DNA from: Raillietiella orientalis
Taxonomy: Eukaryota
Assembly (NCBI GenBank): GCA_036172245.1
Contig: JAYWIR010000014.1
Coordinates: 2,170,001 to 2,234,000 of the forward strand
Direction of reading: 5' to 3'
DNA: 64,000 bases
In this document: piece after piece, positions 13,100 to 27,129 of the stretch
How positions within the stretch are numbered: position 1 is the stretch's first letter
Layout: every line of letters starts with the position of its first letter
The notes under the pieces: generated by a model
Told to the model about the DNA's origin: nothing
What the model saw: the letters and a program-made list of their open reading frames with translations, nothing else
Database searches by the model: none
Translations under genes and position numbers: made by a program

Positions 13100-13950
13100 T
13101 GACCCCCGAACACTTACCAGCCTCGCATCGCACCGCTCCTCACTTTTTTCACAATGGAATGAGTCGTCACACTTCTTGCCTGCAGAGGTTGCATTTCTTG
13201 ACTCCTCGAGGTCTACTCAGCATCTCCGTTTCGTAAGAAACGGATGAAGAGCAAAGGTGCCCGATTTTTTCAGTTTCTTTTCATTTTTTTTTTTTTTACT
13301 GCATTCCTCTTACTAGATTTCCGTGCTGCCATCTTGTGACTTTTTCCTCCCCTCAAACGAACCTCAGTGAGCTCGAAGACAGTTTCTCTTCCTTCATACG
13401 GGTACTCCCTTTGAACTTATCATGGAACGCTTTTGCAAGCAAGCAGGCAGCTACATACAAACAAAAAACACTTCAGTTTCATGGAAACGGACTGACGAAA
13501 CACGGGAGTAAGAAGTGGATGTCAGGTTGTCAGCTGCGTCGGTGGCTGTTATCGCTGTGAGTCCACCATGCGCGGCAGCGGGCATGGGACGCGTGGAGGC
13601 ATGAGCCCAGCAACCAGCTCCAGGTCGCGGATACGGTTAGTGAGAAAGCTCGCCATCCAACACCTTGGTTTCGGGTGGATTTTCAGAAGGCTAGTTTTAA
13701 ACAGAGCGCCTCGCTTCGAGGTGGAAGGCGAGTGGTCCTCCAAGTTCCCGCTTATTATCAGAGAAGAAGGGATGGAGATGTATCGCAGCTATCTTCTGCA
13801 GTAGCTTACGCACGCATGAGCCTTTCTAGGCATTTTCCCTGGAATGCAAGTGCTACCCGTGTTCGCGTTCCCGGCCAATGCTGCGAACAGTCGCATCTCC
13901 TGCAGCTGCTGCGGGAGGGTTACCGCGGTGGCTTTCTTTCGCATCAACAA
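13100..13950 (-). mobile_element. LINE reverse transcriptase fragment
   Basis: ALFKTSLLKIHPKPRCWMASFLTNR resembles LLxKLxxxGIxxxxxxWIxSFLxNR, with degenerate downstream RT motifs. Confidence 0.7.
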
Positions 13951-13999
13951 GGATACAACAGCTTATTTATAGTAGATGAATAAATAAATTACAATGAAT

Positions 14000-15800
14000 C
14001 AGTTCATACGTACTTTGTCTGATGCGAGCCGAAGGAGGTCAAACTCATGGAAGGAGATGGGAAAGATCTGGAAGACGCAGCGGGAAGACGAATCCAATGT
14101 AAAAGAAGGATGGGACTACCCAGAGCGCCGGATTCGCAGCGAAGAGCCCGCGCGGGAGGGAAGGGGTGGAGAAGCATCAGCTGTTGCTTTCGGGAAGATT
14201 TCGTGTCAAAATGGCGAATCCTCGGCGGCTAATTCCTGTTGGCGAATCTTAGCTGCGTTTTCATCTGTAGGGGCGAAGTTCAAGAACGTGATGACTCATG
14301 GAGAAGATGCCTTGATGGTCAAGGCTGAAGAATCGAACTGAGAAGCATTCCGTGCACCACCGGATCCGCTTCGAAAGCAACTTTTGCTTTCGCAGCGCTT
14401 CTAGAGATCTTTGCCAACCGACTGCTCGTTTAAGAGACAAGCAGCCAGGGACGCCTCAGGCCCAATGAGACCGGCAAGAATTACTACTTGCAGCCATCTT
14501 TCCCTCCTAGGGAAGTGGATCCCTTCCTCCTCCTCTACCGCTTGTTTCGAACCCCGGCCTGTCGGGATCAGCGGAATTTACTCGGCACCGCCGTTAATGG
14601 GGATTTTTGAGCGCGTTCCTCAGAGATTCATCAAGGGATCCGAAGCAGCGTGCAGCAATGCCAGCTTATCCGGAATCAAAGAGGCTTTCGGAGTCCTCAC
14701 TCCGAGCCGGCAGACTCTTAGAGATCAGATTATCGTGGAACTTTGGAAGGTTGGAATTTTCTAGGATGCGTCCGCCGCCAGCATCGCCAGGACAGCAGTA
14801 CGCTGGGCGCACTCCGAGAGACAAGGATCGCGCTGGTGACAGCGCTAAGCGCGACTTCTTGGAGGGTATCGACTGGGATGATCTACAGATACGTCTTTGG
14901 CGAGGGCAAAGAGGATAGACGATGACTGAAAGTCGGATTTGCACGAGTCGGTAAGCACCAGAGACGGCGGAGAGGAAGTGATCCGAGATCTGGACGAGCA
15001 GTTCCGGAAGTCGGCTTCTCGCTAGAGTACCTGATTGCAGCGAAGAGGGTCGGAGGAGAACAAAAAGGAAAAGAAGAAAGGAGAAGCTCTGGTTCACGTC
15101 AAAAGAAGTTTGCTGATGCTGCGCAGAAGCAGCAGTCAAAGGTGCGATCGCTTTCCGTCGTCCAATTAGCCCATGGATTGCAGTGGACGTTGGACTTGTG
15201 GAAATGCTGGAGAGAGCTCTTGAGGGTTTCGCCTCCTGCGTGCACAGAACGACAGGGATGGGGCAGAGAATCAGCCTGAGAGAGAGTGCGTGCCCTCGTT
15301 GGAGGCCACGTGGTTGCGGTCTCCGCGCGTGGCACCACCAAGCATCGCGGTTTCGATTAAGAATCCCTGCAAGAATCGACGCCGAGAGATGGGAGGTGCG
15401 TAGCGAGTTCGCGTTCCTCCTGCAAGATGGCGCTGGTTGGCCTACATTCATTCGGGTGCGGCGCCGGTAGCGGTTCAAACTGGGTGCCCCCGATGAGTGG
15501 CCGGGACAATCGGAGTCGACCTCCGGGTCCTTCCAGGTCCAGGAATCAAGGAGTAAGAGTTACCCTCCGGTTGTGCAAGGGAGCAGACCTCCCTGATTCT
15601 GGTGAGACCAACCGTGAAGTAGGCGTGTCGTCAGCTCTCCAGAGTTCAGAGAAGCGTGCTGCTCCCTTCGGGGAGCGTCCTTCTAAATTTGGGAAGCGTT
15701 CCTTCAGGGTTCTCTTCAGGGGACCCCGAAGGGATGCACTTCAGAGAAGTAAACAGGAGCGGTTCTCTCAGGCATTCCGAGCTCCGCACGACCTTCGCGA
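14000..15800 (+). mobile_element. Gag-only BEL/Pao-like family, copy 3 (gag-like region plus conserved block, LTR not retained)
   Basis: Knuckle remnant HGLQWTLDLWKCWRE, then VVAVS...EFAFLLQDGAGWP...KLGAPDEWPGQSESTSGSFQ. DNA gaagcgttccttcagggttctcttcag is shared with copy 1. Confidence 0.6.
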
Positions 15801-16049
15801 ATGGAGCTTTGCCGTTGCGTCATGATGATGATGGCAGCCTCCGTTGGCATTCCGGCTGCACCGTGACTCTGTCCACCTGGAGTCGGTTCCCATGGAAAAA
15901 GGGGCGCGGAGAAACTTGCTTCCCACTTTGTTGGACTGATACTTTGGAAGCTTCGCAGAAGATGGAAAACATGGGAGGAAAGGGTAAGTGAGAGGAGTTT
16001 GGAAAAAGGTCACCTCTCACGACTCCCAGAGTTCGGATCTCGTGCGCGG

Positions 16050-17300
16050 AAATGCGGGATCGGGATCGATTTCCTTTCTCTTGACTAATCAGCTGCCGCT
16101 CCCACGGTGCATCCGGGCTCCAGAATTCTCAGTGAGGATTGGATTCCTTCCTGGGAACTGAAAACTTCCAGTAAGTCTTCAGAGGATGCAGCGTCCTCGC
16201 CCTCAGGATCGTCCTGTCAAGCGTTCTGGAGACGAACAAGAGGGGGATCGCTGTGGAGTACCAGAAGAAAACCTCGGAAAGGAAGAGTTCTTTCTGGAGT
16301 TCCCAGGCATCATGATAACGCATTCAGCCTGGCAGGCATCTCCGCACGGCATCCGGGAGACCCGGAAAGCGATTCCCTTAAAATCTTTGGCCGATTCATG
16401 GCGTCTCCACGGCACGACTCGACTCTTGGCATGACTTGCTCTGCTACCCGCTGGCCTGGAATCCGACCACAGATTTTCTTCCTGAGCGTTTTCTCCTTCA
16501 GAAGATCAGGAAAAGGGTTGCTGAGCTCTCCTCTTTAGCCGAGGTTCCCACCTCGGTGCTTTCTGGCATTGAGGCGTCATCGTCTCCGCTTCTACTTGAG
16601 AGGAAGACTTCCATGTGAGAGCACCTACTATCTTGTCCCTCTCCTCGCTCATCTCAAATTCGTTTTTGCATGGAAGCCGTCGTCATGGTGACACTTCACG
16701 TTCGAGTCTCCTTCCCCTTCCTTTGCAAACACTTCAAGACATCTTCATGGAATGTAAAAATGTTCCGGAAATCACTCGAATCTCTCTTGCTTGCTGCTGC
16801 ATTCTCTTGAAAGACTCCAGAGTCGGCGAGATTCTGGGCCAGAAAAGTTCGTGGGGAATGGTACTGGATGAACACTACTAGCTTCATTCGTGTTGGCACA
16901 AAGAGAGAGAGAGAGCAATCTGACCCAGCCGATGGAGCATTTGAAAGCTCTCTCTTTTCCCAAAGTGGCTCATGAAAAATGCTCATGAGCGTTCTCGGAG
17001 TCATCCAAAGAAACTCCCAACAGCTTGCTTTCGCGCGCCGTGGCAGCGGTCTTTCGGGCTGTCTCAGCTCAAGGATGACGCGGGTGACGAGCGCTGCTCT
17101 CGTCTTTCTGGCCGCAAGCAGGTCTGAGCACCTCCAGCAAACTGAACGCGCTATTTCGCCAGAGCTCCGCCAGCAGTTCTGCTGCCATGCCTTCTTCCAC
17201 TTCTGCTGCTCCCCCTCTTCCCGTATTTCGAAGACTGCTTTCAGTTGTCATCATTTTTTGTTGTTGTTTACTCTTATTTTCCCTGTTCGATTCTCTCAAG
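16050..17300 (-). mobile_element. Degenerate BEL/Pao gag
   Basis: SCRGDAMNRPKILRESL...ARLNALS*CLGTPERTLPFRG resembles FxGDxxxWxxF...KLxxLxxxLxGxAxxxIxG, preceded by a charged coiled-coil-like region. Confidence 0.55.
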
Positions 17301-17559
17301 GCAATCTGCTCGCGAGAGAGAATCGCCTCCAGGACTCTTACCGATTCATTAGGATATCAAGGAAGAATGACTTTCTTTATTTGAGGGGCATGACAGTTTA
17401 TTTGTGGATTTGTACTTCTTTTTTTTTTTTTTAGAATGAATGCCATGACGTGATCACGTGGAAACTCCTCTTCCAGTCGGACCAATCGGTTGCACAGCTT
17501 CCATCATTGTCAGCGCGAAAGCGGGATCCAGTCTTCGGCAGGTAGAGAAAGCTTCATAT

Positions 17560-19100
17560 CATTCAGCATGGACGAGGAGCTGCTGATGCTATCTTAGGCC
17601 GCAGGGGATACTCCCACAGAGTGATGAGGAGGACTGCCTCCACCTCACAGGCAACTTTCCATTGGATCTCTCTTTTCTGGACTTTTCGATCTCCTACCTC
17701 CAACGTGGTGCAGGTGTGAGGACAGGCAAACTTCCAAAGTTCCTCTTGTTGGATTGATTTCTTCGATTTCCGCCCCCGGAAGGATGGACTGGAGGAACGG
17801 AAGAAGTAACCAAGGCAGGCTGAAGGGAACGTTCTGGCCCGAATGGAAAGCACCCTCTTCCCCCAGACAATTTCCTCGCCACCAATCGTGCAAGCTGAAC
17901 TTCACGAATCGTGCAGACATTAAGAAATTGCATTAAGGAAACCTCCAGCCAACGAGTCACACACCAACGAGACAAACTGCTTCTTGCTGCCTCCGAAATT
18001 CGAGAGGAAATTACTGGGTGACCGTAAACTGGTCGAATGCCATCGAAAAGATTCTTCCGTTTGATCGTGGGGCTCCTACCTTTTCTTGCCATCAGTATCC
18101 ACTACTCTAGCTACAAATAACAGTCACCATGTGGGTGCATGTACCATAGACTCTCTTTGCTACTCGGCACTCGGTTCACAACATCTCACTTGACAGGTTT
18201 CCAGGCAACCGTACTTTGGCACGCCCGGAAATTAGACGTCGGGCCTCTTCATTCCTAGAGAGGTAACAGTCAGCTGGCATTCTTTAGTGAGACGTCTCGG
18301 GTACTGCAACACTCCGCGTGTTAGCCAGCATACTGATCTTTTTGAAGCCTTCTAGTTTTCCATGCAACCAAATTTTCCCGTTTAAAGGCAGCACTGTTTT
18401 CGAGGTGGCGTCCCGAAACGCCGAGTAACGCAAAAAGATAGCAGCACGCGGGCTGGTAGATTACATATCCTTGGAAACGAACGCGCAAGACCGACCGCTC
18501 CAGCACGTGATCATCGGCAGCATGAAAATCATTGCACTCTCATCTTGGAGGATCCCCTCAAGTCTCCGGTCGTGGGCTGACAGCCCCACTCCCCGAACGG
18601 GTCACGTCTCCAGCAGACTTGCCCTGTTGGCAAAGTCAGGAGAACGCATCTTCTGGAAGCTTCCTACGCTGCTTCCAGCTCAGTTTCACGTCCGTTAATT
18701 GGGTTCTTTGGGTTCAGTGCTTCCGTGTCGCGCTTAAACGAGCTTCTCCCTCCTCATCCATTCCGTCCTCCCTTCTCATGAGACACGCAACACCGCCGCT
18801 ACTGCGTAGTGATTTCTCCAAGAAGCAGCCGGGAAGTAGAGCGTCGGAGAAGATCGGATAGCGATCCCGTGAAATGGACTTCTGGGAGCGGAAAGTAGTG
18901 GGTCGGTCCCCCTCCAGCGAATCTTCCCGAATCCGTTGATCACGCTTGCAGCACGCAATCGCCATCAGCATGTTTTCGAGGAGAACAGCAAGTGCACCTT
19001 TCACAAAAAGTGCACGCGGGAGAGAAGGGAAGGGGGAAAGAGGCATTGGCTTAGAGCCAGTGGGACGTTTAGGGTTCCACGGGGGGTTTCTCTTTTTGAC
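17560..19100 (-). mobile_element. Degenerate BEL/Pao pol (RNase H and integrase)
   Basis: PIFSDALLPG...GGVACLMR (RNase H). LMQFLNVCTIREVQL resembles LFTCxxTRAVHL. FRSSSPSFRG and ACEVEAVL resemble FNPPxAPxFGG and LxEVEAxLNSRP. Confidence 0.7.
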
Positions 19101-19449
19101 GTTTACAGAAGCGGCAAAGACAAAAACTACAAGTTGCTGCTGAGACCACCTGCATTCCCGACAGCTCCCAAAGCCGCGTTCACGGCACTCCCTTCGGAGG
19201 AGAGACTTCCTGGATCTCTGAGAGGTTCTCTCTTCGCACGAAATCTTTCACAATCTTTCCGAAGAGTCCGAGGAGGCGGTGCAACGACCGCATTCAGCTG
19301 AAAGGTAGGATCGTGAGGGCGGGTGGCCCCCGACATCATCGAATTCTTCCGAACCAGATTAAAAGAGGAAGCAATTAAATAAATTATATAAGATACGGAC
19401 GCGAGGATACAAGAGATGATTACACTCGTTTTCACTCAGTCCTATCGAT

Positions 19450-21730
19450 GTGGCTGCTACTGCAGAATTCGGAGGTCGCGCTCGCCAGAGAGAGCGTTCA
19501 GAAACTCGAATTCCGCTTTGGATGGTCAGTCGGCAACTGGACCCCTCTCTAGAGAATTCTCATGGGTCCATCGGCCCTTGGAGAAAATGCCTCGGCCTCC
19601 TATAGGATACCAAGGAGCATTCCGAGATCGATAAACCGAGTTCTCCCACGGAGCTATGGAGACGCCATGATAGGGAAAAATTCTGAGACCAAGCCTCCTG
19701 AGAGGAGAGAGTGGAGATGAGCGACCACGACGACGTGCTTTTTTCTCCTTGTGTGTTCGCACTCGAACCGAGCTCACTCCCCAATCGAAAGGTGGGTGCA
19801 CAGCCAGGGGATGACAGATCATACCCACCTGCGGGTGGCAGGCATGAATCGATGGCCGCCCTCCACGGCAGAGCTCGGGCCCAATCAAGCATGACGTCAT
19901 GAAGAGACTGGGTCTGCATCATCCAGTTTTCGAAGCCTCACATCGTCTCCTAGCTGCTGGTGCTATGTGGAACTCTCGGGGTGTCTGTGTCCCATCCAGG
20001 ACAGCAACCCAAGCCTTCGTCCGACAGCTTTGCCTCCTAGCCCAAAGGTACTTCTTCGGACGCTCTTCATCTAGTCCCTCCTCTGGACCATCAGACATAG
20101 ATGACATCCCGGAGGACGAGCTCTTTGCTTTATCAGATCTGATGGGTATTCCAAAGCAAATCCAGCTGCCGATGGACATGTAAGGAGGCTGGAGCTGGCG
20201 AAGAGCCATGTCGCCTTGTTCCGAGAGGGGACGCCAGTCTGCGGAATCCATGGGGTTGAAATAATTCCTGGAATCCTTGTATCTGAGTCAGAAAGATCCA
20301 TATCAAAGCATTTGCGATGACGGGATATAAACGTCTTTGCTCCGATATTTTTGGACCCACCTCATAGGAGGGAACAGTGGCCGTGCAAACGGACGTCAGA
20401 TGCTTTACCGGTCTCCATGGATATGCGTCTTTTCAATGACATCGGCACATTCTTAAGGAACCAAGCAGTCGTCTCTGATTCTTGCTAGTTTCGGGCAGCT
20501 CTGCTGCCCAACGGACGGAGGAGTTCCCAGAGGATCACCGCGCCTCCGTCCAAAATCGCCGAATTGTGGTTTCGCATCCTTGGCTTTGTGGTAAACGTCG
20601 CTGACGAGCGGTTGATAAACTCTCATCCAAAGGCTGCTGACGTCACGAACCGTTTCAGCACTCGACACACTGCAAAGAACTCCCAAGATTTGTGAGCTCC
20701 TTTGGTTTGGAACAGCTAAAATGGCATCCAGCTCCAGAGTCTTCGGACATTCCTCACAGCTGCCGAAGAGATGATCAAAGAAACATGGCTGGAAGTGAGT
20801 GCTCTTCTCAGGGCGTGTCCTTCATCAGTGCGAATTCCAGTGATGCTGAGTTTGATTGCTCGCTTTCCACTCTGTCACCGCTCCAGGATCCCGTGGGCTT
20901 TCCTATGGCTTCTTGTACTGCTAGGAAGCGAGCGGGATGAGTTCCTCCTGCTGTTTCCAGGGGTCTCGATTCCCGAGAGTAGAGAGAAGACTTCCCAAGT
21001 CTCAGCTGCTCTATCAACTGGTGTTCGTCAAGGAAATCTCTCTTGTGGAGCCACGACTGACAACGAGTCCATGCTGCTTTTCAGTAGTCACATGTAGAAA
21101 TGCCGAAGCACTGAGAGCTCGTGTGCTCCTCACTCGCAGTTTGCGAGATTGGCCTTTCTTGCGAATCATTCGGGCGGTAGAGCAGCCATGACGGCTGGAA
21201 AGCGCCGCGACGAGCTTGAGGATCATCTCAGACCGGCAGTTTGTGAACGAAAGCAAAAGATTTGTTGTTATTCAGAAATAGGACTCAGAGAAAGACAGAG
21301 TCCATCTCCTTAATGCTCCTTTTGAGCTGTCCCAAATAGTGAGCAGGTTCTCCGACCATGGTCATCAAGCTTAGCTGTGTGCAGAAGCACTTTTTCTGGA
21401 TTTTGAAAAAGGTGGAAAGAGAAGGTTACTTCTAGTCAGTTGGAAGGTCTCGTCGTCTGAACTCTCCTTCGGCGTCCTCCACTCGCCGCGATATCAGATG
21501 GACTGCCCGTTTCATGAAACATTCTGAAGACTGTCGTTGCCGCAGTCACGTGGGATGAGGTGTCTCTGTCGCCAAGAGCGTTTCTCCATGGACTTGAATC
21601 CTTTCCATTGGATTCTTCCCTCCCTGTCGGACGGACAGCACCTTGGGAATCTGGATGTGATGACTGATGAAATCCGATGCGCACGACCATCCTGCTTGCG
21701 AACCTTGCCGAAGCTGAAACATCCATCTCA
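19450..21730 (-). mobile_element. Degenerate LINE ORF2 (endonuclease end plus RT)
   Basis: Collinear remnants: DTSSHV (SDH), HVSLIISS (RPISLL), GDFGRRRGD (DFxKAFD), EQRRLYPVIAN (QGxxLSPxLFN), DSADW (FADD), FGIPIRSDKA (GLxINxxK), KKYLW (KYLG). Confidence 0.65.
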
Positions 21731-21739
21731 GACGTAGAT

Positions 21740-24500
21740 GCATGACATACTGTCAGTGGCCAGTCCCTTGAGGTAGTTGGATGACTCCTAAGCTTCTGTG
21801 GCAGCTGGATGTTCTTAGGAACCCACCCAAAGAGTCGAAGATCTGGGTGTGGTAGATGTACCCATCAGCGATCATCTCCTGGTTGATGCAGTTGCCAGTC
21901 ACCTCCCTTGGACAGTCAAAATTTTCTTCCTTGGCCTCGTAGCAACCGAAATCTAAGGAATATTTGGATGACGGTCTGGATCTACGGAGTGGGGGTTGCT
22001 AGAGTCGATTAAATTACTGACTCCTATACCATCCCTTCTTCTCTCTGGAGAAATGTACACACTGATTCACCTTGAGAGGAGTGCTAACCTCCACAAAGTA
22101 AAGAAGACTACATTAAGATACCCAACTTTTTGTTTCCCATGAAACCAGCTTGCACGAAACTCTTGGACTCTCTTCGAGTGATTCTTGTATGTCTCTGCTC
22201 TCCCAATTCCTGCAAACTCTGATCTCTTTTCGGTCGGCTGTGTGACTCTTATTAAGGATTCTTTTCGCTAATCCTGAAGAAAATTTTTCTACTGCTTGGA
22301 GATTTCTATCCACAGTTGATAGCTCTCCAACAAGTAGAGATATACTGGAGGTTGGTGATGGTGCAACATCACATGATGCTTTCCAGTGTTCACAAGTTTG
22401 CAAGATACCGAGTTTTCAAGAAAACACTCCATATGTGCATCAGCCGCAACAATTTATCTTTTTGGAAGCTCTCAAGTACTCAAAAAATAAGAGAACAGAT
22501 GTTAATGGCTGCTTTTCGTGCGTGTAGCGGTAATTTTTTCCGTCGTAATTGTACCTTTGGCATCTTTGGTTTGACTAACATAACCAAAAGGATTGAATTA
22601 TGATTGCTACAGATGAAAAAGGTTCAGCTATATAGGAAGACAAATAGCTGAATCTTTTTCAGATCATCCTCTCACATCCACTAGCGCCACGTTCTCTTCG
22701 CCAGGAACAGTCCAATTAGCCACACAAAAACTGTATGGCGATCCATGATTTGATTTCGAAGACGAAGAATGCTTTCATCTGCTAAACTTCATCTCAAACT
22801 TGCCAAAATTTGCAGAGAAGACCCTTTTGGTCTTAGATATGCCGATCAAGGTAGCGTGCAAAGTTTCCATGGTGAAAGTAAAGCCATAATAAAACTGGCT
22901 AAGAATTCAGGGACGCCCCACGATGCTGTCTGTTGGCATGGGAAAGCTCGTTGCACACAAATGCCAGATGATGATGATGATGGCCAAAGAGTAGCTATAA
23001 GTTGCTGGAGGAGCTGCACCAGCATTCAAATATCTTCGAATGAAGTCTCAGCTGAGAATCTTCTGCGAACGTCTTGTTTTTGAATAGGACCTAACCAAGG
23101 CGTTCACATTCTCTAAAACTTCCTTCCGGACAGATTTCTGCAGTCTGAATAGAAGTTCTGTGCTTGCATTCAGTTTGCCGATAAGGACTGCCCCTAGGCA
23201 TTCGAAAGCCGGTGCATTCGCTTCAAGGTGATCTGAAAGTAACAACCGAAAAAAAAAAAAAATCCGGCCATTTGTCCTTTGGTTCGCTAGCTGATGTTTC
23301 AACATTTAATTCGCGGATCTCATTCCAGGATTTCTTGTCATAAGTAAATGAAAATGAAATTGCGTTTGTCGTGTTGGTTGCATTCAGCTTTCACGTTTTT
23401 TTTTTTTTTAAGGGGGGGGGGGGGAGGGAAGTCTCCAGAGTCAACCAAAAGCCTTTTCCGTCTGCGAGTGTGTTCTCAGGAAACAAGGCAGGCAGGAGGT
23501 TGGTCTGGTTTATTTGAATTATCTCGTTCCTCACTGCTAAGTTCTCTGCATGTCTGAAGATCCTTTGTTCATCCTTTCTCCGGGAACCGTATTTCAAAGT
23601 GACGTTGTGTTCATCCGTCGTCTACAGTTCATTCTTTATGAAACACATCAAACAGGATGCTGACAGTGAAAAACTTTTGAGATTATGAGGATCGAACCCA
23701 GAACTCAACATGGGGGAGTCTTGGAAAAACACGGCGCTCACGACGTTTTGCAAACATTTCAGCGATCTAGAAATTCTCTCAGCATCCCCATGGCAAAATT
23801 AATCTTCCCCCCAAAATCCTGCAGGCTAGTAATCAGCAGTCGGATGATCGAGGAATCAACGGATCATTAAGGAAAAAGTGATTCCTATCGCAACTGATGG
23901 TATTCACTGATAGGAAATTCAAAAAGCACGAGAAGCAATCTGAAATCACAGACGACAGTTAGCATAATTAAACACTCGAATAAATTCCTCTAAGTCGTTA
24001 GCTTATCCTTTTCCCGTTGCTTGAAGATTGTTTTTCCTCCTTTCTGGTCGCATTTTGCGCAAAGGTAGTTGTGTGTGAAAACAAAGCTTCAGAAAGAGCC
24101 ATGGGTTCAGCCATGGGTGAGAGCTATTTTTCAAAAATCCCAATTCATCCTTGCGGCTACCTCCAGCGAAGTATGCTGTGAGTATCTTTCGGAACACTAA
24201 TACTTGCAGAAAGCTGGATGGATGTTCAATTTCGACGATATTTTTTGCATTGCTGCCTTGTTCTAAGTGAACCTAGTATTTTTTACAAGATCTCAACGAG
24301 AGCATTAGCGAAATACTCGAATTTGAATAAAATGATCCATAAATGCTTCAGATTAATCGCGAGTGGGATAATCTATCTGTAGTCACTTCTGGATGAGTAG
24401 ACTGTCGTTTCAATAAACTGTTGAAAGAGGAAAATGTGGAAGCATACCCTTTTTCTTTTTGTTCTTTCCCTGCATCATGCGTATGTAGACATCTCTCACA
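21740..24500 (+). mobile_element. Degenerate CR1/L2-like LINE ORF2
   Basis: VDVPISDHLLV (APE endonuclease SDH motif, about 21860). NWLRIQGRPTMLS resembles NxSLxxGxxPxxWK. Degenerate GVPQG region near 23470. YLQKAGWM resembles LxxLxW near the 3' end. Confidence 0.6.
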
Positions 24501-24849
24501 GTTGCCCGTTGTTATGAGTGCTGTTCTCGTATCCATGCAATTATGCATCATTATATCTGCTAGGCGTAATTTTCGGCATATCAGTTGGCTACCACTGGGG
24601 AAACCCGAAAATCTTCACCGGCTCACATTAAAGCAATGGAGCGTTGCTAGGAAACACGTGCTTTCTTGGAGTTAAAGGTGGCATGCCTCTTAGCAATCAT
24701 GTGGTACTTTTCTTGGTTAACGTGCTTCCTCTCCTCTCTCTCCCGAAGCAGGGTGAAAATAGAGGACGTTCAGACTTCCGCCATAACGAGCATCGTATGT
24801 GATGGCACTGAAGAGGAATGAGTCGGTGTCGTCTTGTGACGAGAGAGAA

Positions 24850-25990
24850 CGAGGAATAAAAAAAAAGAAAAAAAGAATGCATGGCAACAGAAGCCCTCAA
24901 TTTTGTTGGGCCGTAGCATTTTAGAAATACCGAGACACTATTCCATGAATTCGTATCAATTCTTCTTCCGCACAGGTTCACGAAAACCATCGTCACAGGG
25001 AGGAGCACTTTCCATGATTTTTTAGGGATCGTTCCCTTGGTTGAAGTATAAAGCTATGAAGGCAGATGGGGAGCGGCTACATTGTCCCAGTCATCTGTCA
25101 ATCAAAAAAGTCGCTTATTCAGAGACCTGAATCCAAGTTGCATAGCAAACTTCTTAGCATGACACTGCTTGTCCAAGAACAGAAAAGCAGGATCGACTAT
25201 TCGGTTCATTATCCAAGCAGCAGAGGCAGAATTGAGGGCCTTCCGCCGCTCATTGGGATGCGGCTGACAATATCATGCAGATCATCTTGTGAAATTTCGA
25301 GAGCTACTGCTAGCGGCGGGAGGGCCCGGGCTCCACCACGCTGATGCATCAGTACAACGGAGACGTTGCTGCCTGTCTATCGTGATGATTCTCTACCCTT
25401 CGTGCCCTTTCTTTCCATGACAAAAAACATCCCAGGAAATATATCATTGTGATATCTTTCCCCCTGGGGAATTTTATCACATGACAGGAAGACCTTTCGC
25501 GTGAAGCAAATATCCCTTTTCCTCTCATATTGATCGAAAATTAGGACGAGCTTCGTTGTAATATTTTTACATTTGAAATGTTTCCCTTGGATATCCAGAG
25601 CAAAAATGAGCAACTCGGTGGTTACTGCATCCCGATCGGATGCATATGGGAAGCAGGAGGATGGAAAAGCAAAGCCATTAGCCACGATATCAAAATTATC
25701 CTAGTGTAAAACAATCATCGAATCTCTGCAGTCTGTTTTCAGGATGCAGCACGGACGAGCATATAATCTGCCAACATTGCCTGGGACACCTGTTTAACAG
25801 CATCTTGTAGGAGATCCATAATTTCATTTACTCCTCCTCGTAAGTCGGAACTGCCGTGTAATTTGTTCTCGAAGGAGTGAGGTGATTAATGCAGCTGCAG
25901 ATGATCCAGCATTCGCTTACCCCTCGCACTTTTTGGGAATAATTCACCTTTTCCCTCCTCCCCCTCTCTAGATGTTTGCACGAAGTGACT
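24850..25990 (-). mobile_element. Degenerate DDE DNA-transposase relic, Sola-like
   Basis: TPSRTNYTAVPTYEEE*MKLW resembles DFSENYxxxxQxExQSxxW. LIFALDIQGKHFK resembles xFSDGxxxQxK. VFLSCDKIPQGERYHNDIFPG resembles FFxxxHGKGxxDGxGG. Confidence 0.4.
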
Positions 25991-26099
25991 TTCCCATGAA
26001 ACGTATGACCCGCTCAGATGAGTTAGCAACGGGTTTTTGGTTTCTTTTTATGTTGAGAGCGGTCTAAGCCTGTCAGGAGCCTTAGCACGATTTCTTTGT

Positions 26100-27120
26100 G
26101 ATCCTTCTCTCGGGGAGCCCTTCAATCATGGAAGGCAAGCGTGGCGCTGTATCTCGAAAGCTTGGACTGGATCCTGCTTGTTTCCCAGTGAAGGGACACT
26201 TCCGCTCTCGCTCAGGCTCTCACGCGTGACGCGATCGGTGGTGAGTTCGTATTGCTTATGACCCTTGGGAAGTCAGGGAGGTTCAGAATCAGAGACCGAT
26301 CGCGAGAAAGCTTGAAAAGAGAATGCGGAACTTTGGTTCGAAAGTGAGCTCTCACCAGCTTCCCTCTCCTCGATGCACCGCTGCATGTTTTCCCTTTTTG
26401 TCTCCAAACCAAAGTTCGAAAAGCGTCGCGGAGGTGGTAGTGGGCTGGAAGTTTCCAAGACCCCACTTGGAATTGGCTAGTAATCTGGCTTTTTGTAGCT
26501 AACTGGCTCCCTAGCTTGCTTCGTTACAAGCAGGAAAGAACTCCAGGGGAAAGTTGTAAATCGTGGCAACACTGCACTTTCTGAAAGCGCTTCTTCCACA
26601 AAAAAAATCCACCGCTTCCGCTTTTTGTTTGAGGAATGAGATGAAGGTGCTCACATGAACTCACTATTGACCTTCGATGAGCATTCCTGTTGAAGAGAGA
26701 GGGTCTCGTGACCAGTGTCCAGTCTCACAAGATTATCCATGATCCCAGCTGCAAACGACACTTTCCATTTTGGTTTCATCCCTGATGAATGGCCTCTCAG
26801 GATAGTGTCCCAGCTGGTTAGCTCTTTCCCACACAAGAGGGGCTGTAATTTGGGAAAACGAAACAGATTTAGTGTGCACCTTGTGGAAGGAAAAGTACTT
26901 TCGGGTCGCCGGGGAAGGAATATTCATGATGCCAGTAGCAGTTGACAGAAACGGGGAATCCAAACGAGCAGCCACTCAGGAAGGGTCTGTAGGGGGTACT
27001 TTGCTCAGGTAGCTCGTGATCTTTCCAAAGTTTCCTAGAACGCTGCAGGAAATGCTTGAGGACATCAGGCAAGGAGGGACCCCTTTGCTGCTTGATGTCC
27101 AAAGTTTGTGACAAGCCCCG
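26100..27120 (-). mobile_element. CR1-like LINE RT, 3' half
   Basis: DIKQQRGPSLPDVLKHF (GVxQGxxLxPxLFxxF), ARLDSPFLSTATGIMNIPSPATR (LQxxLDxxxxWxxxxxLxINxxKT), NQLG, LGSWKLPAH (LGWxxLxxR). Confidence 0.6.
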
Positions 27121-27129
27121 ACCTCCTCA

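Noticed and set aside
14666..15478. 270-aa minus-strand ORF (longest in the track)
   Set aside because: It is the antisense shadow of the plus-strand gag-like region of gag-only copy 3.
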